Below are positions 46,283-54,077 of a DNA stretch of 57,480 nucleotides, in pieces. Under the pieces are notes generated by a model, which was not told the origin of the DNA, made no database searches, and saw only the letters and a list, made by a program, of their open reading frames with translations. The DNA is from an uncultured Dehalococcoidia bacterium (GTDB lineage Bacteria > Chloroflexota > Dehalococcoidia > SZUA-161 > SpSt-899), in NCBI GenBank assembly GCA_965612975.1, contig CBFDTP010000001.1:1-57480 (forward strand), in the 5' to 3' direction. Both the position numbers and the translations under genes were made by a program. Numbering within the stretch: position 1 is the first letter of the stretch; each line of letters starts with the position of its first letter.

Positions 46283-46681
46283 ATGATTAGGAGGTTGAAC
46301 CATGTGGGAATTGTCACGCAAAACCTAAAGGAAGCCATGGAGGTTTATTCTAGCTTGTTCGGCCTAGAAACCGCTAAGGTTGTAGAGGTACCTGAGCAAG
46401 GGGTAAAGGTTGCTTTGATCCCGGTAGGTGATATAGAACTAGAGATAATGGAACCGACTGATCCTGACTCTGGGGTGGCCAAGTTCCTAGAGAAGCGCGG
46501 TGAAGGCTTACACCATATTTCCTTTGAGGTAAACAATCTGGATGAAGAACTAAATTCACTGGCATCTAAGGGGGCCAAGCTTATAGATAAGAAGGGCAGA
46601 AGGGGAGTTGTCGCCTCTAAGATCGCTTTCCTTCATCCTCATGCTGCTAAAGGTGTGCTAATTGAACTCGCGCAAATATAG
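46283..46681 (+). CDS. mce: methylmalonyl-CoA epimerase (VOC superfamily)
   Basis: LNHVGIV...QGVKVALIPVGDIELEIMEP...VAKFLEKRGEGLHHISFEV...KIAFLHP...GVLIEL is the typical epimerase pattern. Confidence 0.87.
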   Translation: MIRRLNHVGIVTQNLKEAMEVYSSLFGLETAKVVEVPEQGVKVALIPVGDIELEIMEPTDPDSGVAKFLEKRGEGLHHISFEVNNLDEELNSLASKGAKLIDKKGRRGVVASKIAFLHPHAAKGVLIELAQI

Positions 46682-46753
46682 GGTTGCCAAACCTTGTCCT
46701 CGGGCCTGGAGAGTTGGCTATGGCTGGGCAGGATTCTAGACGCTTACTCTTAG

Positions 46754-46810
46754 CTGTGCGAGTTTGCTTCAGAGTTTGAAAGGGCTAGTGCCAAACTAGG
46801 TATTCAGCAG
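46754..46810 (+). pseudogene. short relic of a second IS481-type transposase
   Basis: LCEFASEFERASAKLGIQQ aligns with DNGSEFALEFERAARELGIQR of the intact copy. It is bounded by stop codons. Confidence 0.45.
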
Positions 46811-46820
46811 TGGTTTTCCG

Positions 46821-46910
46821 GGGTATGTGGTAGTTGATGATCAGGTTGCAGAACTGAAGATTTATACCCTCCATACCCTCCCTAGCAGCTTCAGTAGCAA
46901 CGACCATGAC
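46821..46910 (-). pseudogene. relic of the C-terminal domain of a superfamily-2 helicase
   Basis: VMVVATEAAREGMEGINLQFCNLIINYHIP resembles the helicase motif V region (..ATdaa.EGiNLQ....iINYD.P). It is flanked by stops and frameshifts. Confidence 0.35.
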
Positions 46911-47031
46911 CTATGTTTTGTGCTGATGATTTTTTCCGCTTCTACCTGTCCTCCCAGCCTCCGTCGTGGACGAAGTTCACCAAATATCCCCAGGACTTAA
47001 GCCTTCGCACGACCCGACTTTGACAGTCTCC

Positions 47032-47041
47032 TTGACAAATT
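47032..47041. repeat. IS1634-family left inverted repeat core
   Basis: ttgacaaatt. Confidence 0.6.
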
Positions 47042-47151
47042 AGCTTCAAACGGGTCGCTTTTCAGCTTCAGGCGGGCAAAAATTGTAGTGTAAAACATTC
47101 ACCTCAGATGCTATTGACATTGACTGGAAAGAATGGTATGATTTTAGCGGA

Positions 47152-48745
47152 ATGTATATGCGGTTTCATAAGGTCAGGGGGCGAGGTGGTCGGGTGTACA
47201 CCTACCTGGAGCTGGTGGTAAGTCAGCGGCGGGAGGGGAAGGTGCGCCAGGAGCGGGTATGTTCACTGGGTCGGGCGGAAGATCTCAAGATGAGTGGGGC
47301 GATAGACCGCATGATAGCCAGGCTATCGGAGGCGGCCAGGGAGCGCTGGGTGAGGGCGGAGGCCCTGAGGTTGGGGACGCCATGGGCCAGGGAATATGGC
47401 CCGGTTCTGCTGGTGCGCCGCTTGTGGCGAGATCTGGGGCTGGAGGAGATCATTTCCCAACTTAGGAGGAGCAATTGGGGCGAGGTGCCGGTAGGGGAGG
47501 CTCTCCTCGCCCTGGTGGTGAGCCGGATGATAATGCCCCGCAGTGAGCTTGGGACCTTTAGCTGGCTCAAGGAGAAGGTGTATGCGCCGGAGTGGGAGGG
47601 GCTGGAGCTGCACCATCTCTACCGCAGCCTGGACTTCCTGGCTGAGCATATGGAGGTGATAGAGGAGGCCCTGTTCTGGCGGGTGCGTGACCTCTTCTCC
47701 CTTAATGTGAAGCTGGTTCTATTTGACACCACCAGCACCTATTTTGAGGGCAGGGGTCCGGAGGGGTTGGCTAAGTTCGGGTATAGCCGTGACCGGCGTT
47801 CCGACCGGGTGCAGGTGATCATCGGGGTGCTCATGACCGGGGATGGCATTCCAGTGGCTCATTACGTCTTTCCAGGAAATACCGCCGATATCGATGCCTT
47901 CCGGAAGGCATTGAGTGGGGTGAGGCAGCGCTTCCCCCTGGAAGGGGATGTAGTAATAGTGGCTGACCGAGGAGTGGTGGCCGAGCCACTGCTGGAGGCA
48001 CTTGGCGGAGGGACAGGGATACATCGTGGGCATCCCCCTTCACAAGTGGAGGGCAGCAGGTAAGGTGCTGGCAAGGCCTGGCAGATACCATGAGGTGGCA
48101 GGCAACCTCCGGGTGAAGGAGGTTGAGCTGGATGGCAAGCGCTATATACTTTGCCACAACTCGGAGCGGGAGTTAGAGGATGCCAGGCGGCGGGCAGAGA
48201 TAGTGGCTGAGTTGGAGAAGGAACTGGCCCACGGGGGCTTGCCCAAGTTGGCCAAGAGGAAGGGCTATGGCCGCTACCTCAAGATAGAGGAGAGGGGCAA
48301 GGCCAGCATAAACTGGAAGAGGGTGGAGCAGGATGCCCGATGCGATGGGAAGTATCTTCTCCGCACGGCCACCAAGCTTTCCCCGGAGGAGGTGGCCCTG
48401 GCCTACAAGGAGCTCTGGCGGGTAGAGAATGCCTTCTGGGAGCTGAAGAGTGAGCTTGAGGTCAGACCGGTATATCACTGGACGCCAGCCCGGGTGCGGG
48501 GGCACATTGGTATCTGCTTCCTGGCCCTGGTGATAGAATCTGCCCTGGCTCGGCTGCTTCGGGTCCGAGGGTGTCAGGAAAGCCTGAGGAGGGTGATGGA
48601 GGCGGTGCAGGAAGTCAAAGCGGTGAAGGTGGAGCTCAATGGCGATCTCTTCCTCACGAGGACCGATCTTCCTCCGCTGGCGCAGAAGGCCTTCGCTACG
48701 GTAGGACTACGGCCACCGCCTAGAGTTCAGCCATTGCCGGCCTAG
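47152..48745 (+). pseudogene. IS1634-family transposase split by a 1-nt frameshift near 48000
   Basis: ORF 47152-48063 (RVYTYLELVVSQRREGKVRQERVCSLGR...VADRGVVAEPLLEAL) continues in another frame as (L)AEGQGYIVGIPLHK... in ORF 48002-48745. The family normally has a single ORF. Confidence 0.8.
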
Positions 48746-48798
48746 GCAGCTTCGAGGCGGTGAGCCAGTGTAGTGGAAACCACTCCTTTTTAGCTACG

Positions 48799-48808
48799 AA
48801 TTTGTCAA
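48799..48808. repeat. IS1634-family right inverted repeat core
   Basis: aatttgtcaa. Confidence 0.6.
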
Positions 48809-48937
48809 ACTCGGGCCAGACATTAGACGAAATGCCATGCTTATTTCTGTGCTTCAAGGAGACTGTAGAAAGGAAGCCAAAGAATACGTACAAGAAGTTG
48901 TAGAAAAGTGGAGGGAATTGCGGCATGGCCTACAGAA

Positions 48938-49011
48938 TCGGGGAGGGGGGATTTGAACCCCCGACCCCCACGTCCCAAACGTGGTGCGCTCCCGGGCTGC
49001 GCCACTCCCCG
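48938..49011 (-). tRNA. tRNA-Pro (anticodon TGG), CCA not encoded
   Basis: The folded cloverleaf is CGGGGAG/CTCCCCG acceptor, GCGC D-stem, CCACG-TTTGGGA-CGTGG anticodon arm and GGGGG-TTCAAAT-CCCCC T-arm. Confidence 0.9.
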
Positions 49012-49015
49012 GCGC

Positions 49016-49093
49016 TGGTCGGGGCGGGCAGATTTGAACTGCCGACCTCCACGTCCCGAACGTGGCGCGCTAACCAGACTGCGCTACGCCCCG
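49016..49093 (-). tRNA. tRNA-Pro (anticodon CGG), CCA encoded
   Basis: The folded cloverleaf is CGGGGCG/CGCCCCG acceptor, CCACG-TTCGGGA-CGTGG anticodon arm and GGCAG-TTCAAAT-CTGCC T-arm, followed by ACCA. Confidence 0.9.
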
Positions 49094-49104
49094 AGTGCCT
49101 TTAT

Positions 49105-49134
49105 ATTATACACTCGACGTCCTCAGAGAACAAA
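49105..49134 (-). promoter_or_regulatory. predicted promoter of the tRNA-Pro pair (TTTGTTCTCT-N12-TGTATAAT)
   Basis: The extended -10 TGTATAAT ends 11 nt upstream of the first tRNA 5' end. A TTGTTC -35-like element sits at 17-nt spacing. Confidence 0.5.
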
Positions 49135-49231
49135 CCAAACTTTCGCAAAACAAGAACCCAGAGTTTTCTTTCTCGCCCTAATGTTACCTCAGCGCCTAAA
49201 GTTGGTGCTGGCAAAAGGATTGGGGGAAAAT

Positions 49232-49933
49232 TTACTTGTTGATGAGAGGGCCCCACAAGTACATCAAATGTATAGCTTTGTTGATCACGAATATAAGCAA
49301 ACCTATACAAACAAGAGCATGCGAGGGTTCGTTAGGGTTTGCCCCGACCCATCTAACGAAGAGTCGGGTGAGCAGCATTACCGTTGGAAGGATCCATATA
49401 GCAAGACATGATGACACTATTATTGGGGGCAGAAATGCCCGAGTGTCGCTTGCAAAACGTACCAAAGTAAGAACAAAGATACCCAACAACAGTGAAACTA
49501 TCCAAAAGATGTTGGGCACAAAGGAACGTGTACCTGACTCGCTTATGCAGCTGCCATCGTCACATTTTCGCAACCGCAGGAAGCCCCTGTATGACTCATA
49601 AATTACGAGATATTCGATATAAACAAGCAGAAATCCACCAACTATCCCAGCCAGATACAGAATAATTTCACAAACAATATTTGACCACTGAAGGTGAGTG
49701 CTGGAGTCCGTAGCTCCAAATATAGCATAGAGGAGCAGCACGAAGAGGATAAAAAGGGCTAAGGCCAGATTTAAGCAGAAAGTCCTGCGGAGCAATGGAT
49801 TCGCTGCCTCATCTTGATCTGGGAGTTGCTTCAGCAGCCATTTTCCTATACTCTGTCCCCAGGAGGGCGAAATAAAATCTATTGCGATTAACACTCCCGA
49901 TATTAGATCTAAAAGGATCCCTATTCTTTCCAT
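49232..49933 (-). CDS. hypothetical multi-TM membrane protein in an AT-rich segment
   Basis: 233-aa ORF with about six hydrophobic helices. No family recognised. Composition is clearly AT-richer than the core genes. Confidence 0.6.
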   Translation of the reverse strand: MERIGILLDLISGVLIAIDFISPSWGQSIGKWLLKQLPDQDEAANPLLRRTFCLNLALALFILFVLLLYAIFGATDSSTHLQWSNIVCEIILYLAGIVGGFLLVYIEYLVIYESYRGFLRLRKCDDGSCISESGTRSFVPNIFWIVSLLLGIFVLTLVRFASDTRAFLPPIIVSSCLAIWILPTVMLLTRLFVRWVGANPNEPSHALVCIGLLIFVINKAIHLMYLWGPLINK

Positions 49934-50019
49934 CTATATGTTAGAAACACCCTTTTCTAGCTCTCACGCTGTACCATAACTTTTTAAAAATAACGAGCTG
50001 TGCTAATCTTACTGTCCTT

Positions 50020-50049
50020 ATTATACATTTGTCCTTGTTAGAGAACAAA
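50020..50049 (-). promoter_or_regulatory. predicted promoter of the orphan membrane-protein gene, same architecture as the tRNA promoter
   Basis: Minus strand reads TTTGTTCTCT-aacaaggacaaa-TGTATAAT, about 87 nt upstream of the ATG at 49933. Confidence 0.45.
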
Positions 50050-50270
50050 AAGTCATAATAGATTAAATGACTAGAGCAGGTTACCTGGAATTTTCAGGTG
50101 GTTCTATTGCAAAAGTCAGGCAAGCTATTCAGGCCAACAAGCATAGCGATCATCCACCGAAGGGCAGAAACCTAAAGCTAGAGCTCAAGGTGGCTCATTC
50201 ACTGCCCCAGTTCTGAACTTCGCCGGTAGGTAAACTGGAGCCTGCCTCAGGTTCGGCCGGTTGAGGGACT

Positions 50271-50999
50271 TTAAGAGGTCTCTTGCCTATTGGTGAACTG
50301 GGCGCTCTCCTCTGCCTTCCTCTTCATAGAGGTGAGCAGGTCTATATCCTGGCAAAGTGAGTCCTTCTTCTTCTCCAGCCGTTCGATCTCCTTTTGGAGT
50401 TTTTGCTTGACCTCCACCAGGGTATTGCCCTGATCAAGGAGCTTCCGCAGGTTTTCCCTCGTATCAGGCGAGTTCTTAAACTCCGATTTTACCTTTACGA
50501 ACTCTTCCACCTCGCTTCTCAAAACCCTCTGTCTCCGCAACTCCCTTTCCAGCCTTGCTCTCATCGTCCTCAGTTGATTGCGGTAGGAGGAGCTTTCCTC
50601 TTCAAACCGGACCCTTTGCTCCCGCCTTCTTCTCTCCAGCTCATCCATCTCCTTCAGTAGCGCTCTTCTCCTCTCCTCCAGCCGATCAACGTTCTGCTCC
50701 AGGACAGAGAGCCTTTTTTCCCTTTCCCTTATATCCGCATCAAGCCGACTAAGGGAATTCTCCAGCTCTTCGTATTTCTTTCCCACCTTGCTCTCGAGCT
50801 CGGCCAGCCTTATGGCTGCCTTAAGGAAGTCGGGGTCCTCAGCCATGCGCTTGGCTGCCCTTAGCAGGCTAGGGGAATCCTCCAGGGAGAGGGCTAAACT
50901 CTGGGCTTCCTTCACCACGGCAAAGGCATATTTGAGCTCTTGGATACTGGCCTCCGTTTCGTTCATAGTTTCTGAACTTCCTAATTCACTATCGTTCAC
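50271..50999 (-). CDS. hypothetical coiled-coil protein (Glu/Arg/Leu-rich heptad sequence)
   Basis: GTG at 50999 with GGAGGA 6 nt upstream, 20 nt downstream of rsmI. Long ELERRRREQRV-type heptad stretches. No family recognised. Confidence 0.65.
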   Translation of the reverse strand: MNDSELGSSETMNETEASIQELKYAFAVVKEAQSLALSLEDSPSLLRAAKRMAEDPDFLKAAIRLAELESKVGKKYEELENSLSRLDADIREREKRLSVLEQNVDRLEERRRALLKEMDELERRRREQRVRFEEESSSYRNQLRTMRARLERELRRQRVLRSEVEEFVKVKSEFKNSPDTRENLRKLLDQGNTLVEVKQKLQKEIERLEKKKDSLCQDIDLLTSMKRKAEESAQFTNRQETS

Positions 51000-51019
51000 C
51001 TACTCCTCCTTTTTGCCTT

Positions 51020-51691
51020 CTACGTCGGCTTGGATTTTCCCTCGATAACCAGGGTGAACTCGCCTCTTGGTTGCGAAAAATGCTCCAGCGCCTCGCTGGG
51101 CGTACCATAAAAGATCTCCTCATGAAGTTTGGTGAGTTCCCGGCCAATGGCCAGCCTCCGCTCCCCCAAGACATCGCGCAGATCTTCCAAGGCGGCCCGC
51201 AGACGATAAGGGGATTCAAAGGCCACCAGGGTCCTTTGCTCTTCCGAAAGCTGCTGCAGCAATTTACGACGCTCACCCCTCTTTCGGGGCAGGAATCCCA
51301 GGTAGATGAACTGCCTCGTGGGAAGCCCGGAGGCCGCTAGAGCGGTGGTGATGGCCGAGGGGCCAGGGATGGGAACCACCCTGAAGCCTCTCTCGATCGC
51401 CGCCGCTATGAGTTCGTATCCCGGGTCGCTGATCCCCGGCATCCCCGCCTCGGAGACGAGGGCCAGATCTTTTTGCTCCAGATGCTGTAGCAGCCGGGGC
51501 AGTTTGGTTCGCTTGTTGTGCTCATGATAGCTGGTGACCGGGGTCTTTATTTCATATTTCGAAAGCAAGTGCTTTGTCCGACGAGTGTCCTCAGCAGCAA
51601 TGAGTTCCACCTGGCGTAAAACCTCCAAGGCCCGCAAGGTAACATCCTCCAGGTTTCCAATAGGGGTGGCGACTATATAAAGGGTGGGCAT
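51020..51691 (-). CDS. rsmI: 16S rRNA (cytidine1402-2'-O)-methyltransferase
   Basis: LYIVATPIGNLEDVTLRAL and SDAG-like EAGMPGISDPG motifs. Confidence 0.9.
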   Translation of the reverse strand: MPTLYIVATPIGNLEDVTLRALEVLRQVELIAAEDTRRTKHLLSKYEIKTPVTSYHEHNKRTKLPRLLQHLEQKDLALVSEAGMPGISDPGYELIAAAIERGFRVVPIPGPSAITTALAASGLPTRQFIYLGFLPRKRGERRKLLQQLSEEQRTLVAFESPYRLRAALEDLRDVLGERRLAIGRELTKLHEEIFYGTPSEALEHFSQPRGEFTLVIEGKSKPT

Positions 51692-51705
51692 TTTTCGCCA
51701 CCACC

Positions 51706-53754
51706 TTACCGGCCTTCCTTGGCACCCTCTCTCGCCTCGGCGATGATCTTCTGGGCCAGATGAGGAGGCACCTCCTCATAGTGGCTGAACTCAATGGTGT
51801 AAGTTCCCCGTCCTTGGGTCATGGATCTCAGGTCGACGGCATAGCGGAGCATCTCCGCCATGGGTGCCTGAGCCTCTATTACGGTCAGGTCTCCCTGCCG
51901 GGACATCCCCAGAACCCGACCCCTCTTCGAGTTGAGGTCTCCCAGAATATCCCCGGTGAATTCATCCGGCACGGTGATCTTCACGTTCATTATCGGCTCC
52001 AAAAGCACCGGATTGGCCTGCTGTACTCCCTTCCTCAGGGCATGGGAGCCAGCGATCTTAAAGGAGATGTCCGAAGAATCCACCGGGTGATAACTCCCGT
52101 CATAGAGCGTTACCTTGATGTCCACGATGGGGTATCCCGCCAGGACGCCCTCCTGGAGGGCCTCAGCCACTCCCTTCTCCACCGCCGGGATGAAGTTCTT
52201 CGGAATGGCTCCACCCACGATTGTTTCCTCAAACTGGTAGCCTGAACCACGAGGCAGGGGGGTGAGCTCAAGGAAAACGTGTCCATATTGACCGTGCCCA
52301 CCGGTCTGTTTCTTGTGCTTGTATTCTGCCTTGGTGGAGGTGGTGATCGTCTCCTTGTAGGGGATCTTTGGCGGCCTGAGCTCGGCCTCCAGGGCAAACT
52401 TGCGCTTCATCTTCTCCGCCACCACCTCGATTTGGGCCTCGCCAAAGCCGGAGATGAGTGTCTCACCGGTATCGGGTTCCTTGTGGATGACGATGGAGGG
52501 GTCTTCCTCGTTCAGCTTGGCCAGCACCGTTCCCAGTTTATCCACATCGGCCTTGGTCTTCGGATACACCGCCACGCTGAAGTTGGGATGGGGAAACTCC
52601 ACCGGGACGAGTTGAACCGGATGGTTCTGCTCGCAAAGGGTGTCGCCGGTGCTCGTCTCGGAAAGCTTGGCCACCGCCCCGATATCGCCCGCAATGAGGC
52701 TCTCCACTGGCTCCTGGTTCTTGCCCCTTAACAGGTAGAGTTGCCCAACTCGTTCTGCTCGCCCCTTGTTGGTGTTCCAAACGGTGGAATCGCTCTTTAG
52801 GGTGCCGCTGTAGACTCGCAGGCAGCTCAGCCGTCCCACATAGGGATCGGCGATGGTCTTGAAGACCAGGGCTGAAAGAGGGGCATCTCCCTCCGGGGGA
52901 AGTTCCTCCTCCTCGTCAAGTTTGGTATTCCGGACCTTGACCTTCCCCCTATCCTTGGGCGAGGGGAGGAAATCGCAAATGGCATCGAGAAGTTGAGGAA
53001 TGGCCTTGTTGTTCAGGGCACTGCCGACCAGAATAGGTATCAGCTTCCCTTCGAGCGTCGCCACGCGGAGGGCCTGGCGAAGTTCCTCTGCCGAGAGCTC
53101 CTCCCCTTCCAGGTACTTGGTCACCAGCTCATCGTTGGTCTCCGCGACCGCCTCAACCAACTTCTCCCGGTAGGTCTCGATCTTCTCCTGAGGGATGGCC
53201 TCGTCAAACGGCTCAGGAGAGAGAAGATCCAGGACGCCATCGTCGGGGGAGGGATGGGGAAGTTGTATGGCCACGCACTTCCGACCAAACCTGGCCTCGA
53301 TCTGGGACAGGGTACGGTAGAAATCGGCGTTTTCCCGGTCGATCTTGTTTATAAAGATGAGTCGGGGTAGTCCAGCCTCATCGGCATATCGCCAGGCCAA
53401 CTCCGTACCTACCTCCACCCCGGAGGCCGCGCAGACCAGGAGCAGAGCTCCGTCGGCCACCCTGATACCGGACTTCATCTCGCCGATGAAATCGAAGTAT
53501 CCCGGGGCATCCAGCAGATTTATCTTTACCTCCTTCCATTTCAATGGGAGAAGGGACAGGCTAACGCTGCTTCCCCGCTTGGTCTCCTCGGGCTCGAAAT
53601 CCGAGGTGGTGTTCCCCTCTTCCACCTTCCCCAGCCGGCTGATCGCCCCCGAATCGTAGAGCATAGCTTCAGCCAGGGAGGTCTTTCCCGTCCCGCTGTG
53701 GGAAAGCAAGACGACGTTACGTATGTTCTCCGTGCGCAAAGCTTCCATTACCAC
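51706..53754 (-). CDS. elongation factor G paralog (EF-G2-like)
   Basis: GTPase motifs SHSGTGKTS, DAPGYFDF and NKID, plus EF-G domains II-V. The G1 motif differs from the canonical AHIDAGKTT. Confidence 0.88.
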   Translation of the reverse strand: MVMEALRTENIRNVVLLSHSGTGKTSLAEAMLYDSGAISRLGKVEEGNTTSDFEPEETKRGSSVSLSLLPLKWKEVKINLLDAPGYFDFIGEMKSGIRVADGALLLVCAASGVEVGTELAWRYADEAGLPRLIFINKIDRENADFYRTLSQIEARFGRKCVAIQLPHPSPDDGVLDLLSPEPFDEAIPQEKIETYREKLVEAVAETNDELVTKYLEGEELSAEELRQALRVATLEGKLIPILVGSALNNKAIPQLLDAICDFLPSPKDRGKVKVRNTKLDEEEELPPEGDAPLSALVFKTIADPYVGRLSCLRVYSGTLKSDSTVWNTNKGRAERVGQLYLLRGKNQEPVESLIAGDIGAVAKLSETSTGDTLCEQNHPVQLVPVEFPHPNFSVAVYPKTKADVDKLGTVLAKLNEEDPSIVIHKEPDTGETLISGFGEAQIEVVAEKMKRKFALEAELRPPKIPYKETITTSTKAEYKHKKQTGGHGQYGHVFLELTPLPRGSGYQFEETIVGGAIPKNFIPAVEKGVAEALQEGVLAGYPIVDIKVTLYDGSYHPVDSSDISFKIAGSHALRKGVQQANPVLLEPIMNVKITVPDEFTGDILGDLNSKRGRVLGMSRQGDLTVIEAQAPMAEMLRYAVDLRSMTQGRGTYTIEFSHYEEVPPHLAQKIIAEAREGAKEGR

Positions 53755-53794
53755 CCCCGAGCTGAAATCTGGCTAGCTCAGCTTCCAAACGATT

Positions 53795-54019
53795 TCATTC
53801 CACCTTTATCTCCGTCCTCTTCCGCGATCGCTGCTTTTCTTCCTTCTCAATGGCCGAGATGGTCTCATCGAGCAGGCTACGAAAGGCCAGCAGGACCTCC
53901 TTCCCCGCGGATCTGAGGTGGCCTCGAAACTCAGGCAAGATCCAAAGTCGAGGATGCTTCAGGTGCACAATCAGCTCACCCTCTGGCCCTCGTTCGAGGC
54001 TAAACAACTTCTCCGCCAT
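53795..54019 (-). CDS. hypothetical 74-aa protein between the ArsA-like and EF-G-like genes
   Basis: ATG at 54019 is preceded by GGGGGGTGATAGG. The C-terminal half is charged. No family recognised. Confidence 0.45.
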   Translation of the reverse strand: MAEKLFSLERGPEGELIVHLKHPRLWILPEFRGHLRSAGKEVLLAFRSLLDETISAIEKEEKQRSRKRTEIKVE

Positions 54020-54077
54020 CCTATCACCCCCCAATCATATTGCTTGACCGAAATCCGAAATCCCAGAAACCCATGAA

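Larger units (their letters stand above)
47032..48808 (+). mobile_element. IS1634-family (IS4-like) insertion sequence with a disrupted transposase
   Basis: Perfect 10-bp inverted repeats, TTGACAAATT at 47032-47041 and AATTTGTCAA at 48799-48808, with an adjacent AGCT on the inner side. They bracket the transposase reading frames. Confidence 0.65.

Noticed and set aside
48809-48937. Plus-strand reading frame ...NAMLISVLQGDCRKEAKEYVQEVVEKWRELRHGLQNRGGGI between the IS1634 element and the tRNA. Also the minus-strand 68-aa ORF at 48720-48926.
   Set aside because: The plus frame runs into the tRNA gene and has no upstream continuation across the IS junction. The minus ORF spans the IS end. At best these are gene relics, which cannot be supported without a search.
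48700-49231. Looked for an integrase gene or a duplicated tRNA 3' end (att site) that would define a classical tRNA-integrated island.
   Set aside because: No tyrosine or serine recombinase ORF is present, and no second copy of the tRNA-Pro 3' segment was seen by eye in 44-50 kb. The island is therefore reported only as decayed, IS-mediated DNA.
50067-50216. 49-aa plus-strand ORF (MTRAGYLEFSGGSIAKVRQ...) in the AT-rich spacer.
   Set aside because: It has no RBS, no recognisable family and lies antisense to the promoter region of the neighbouring gene. It is most likely a chance ORF.
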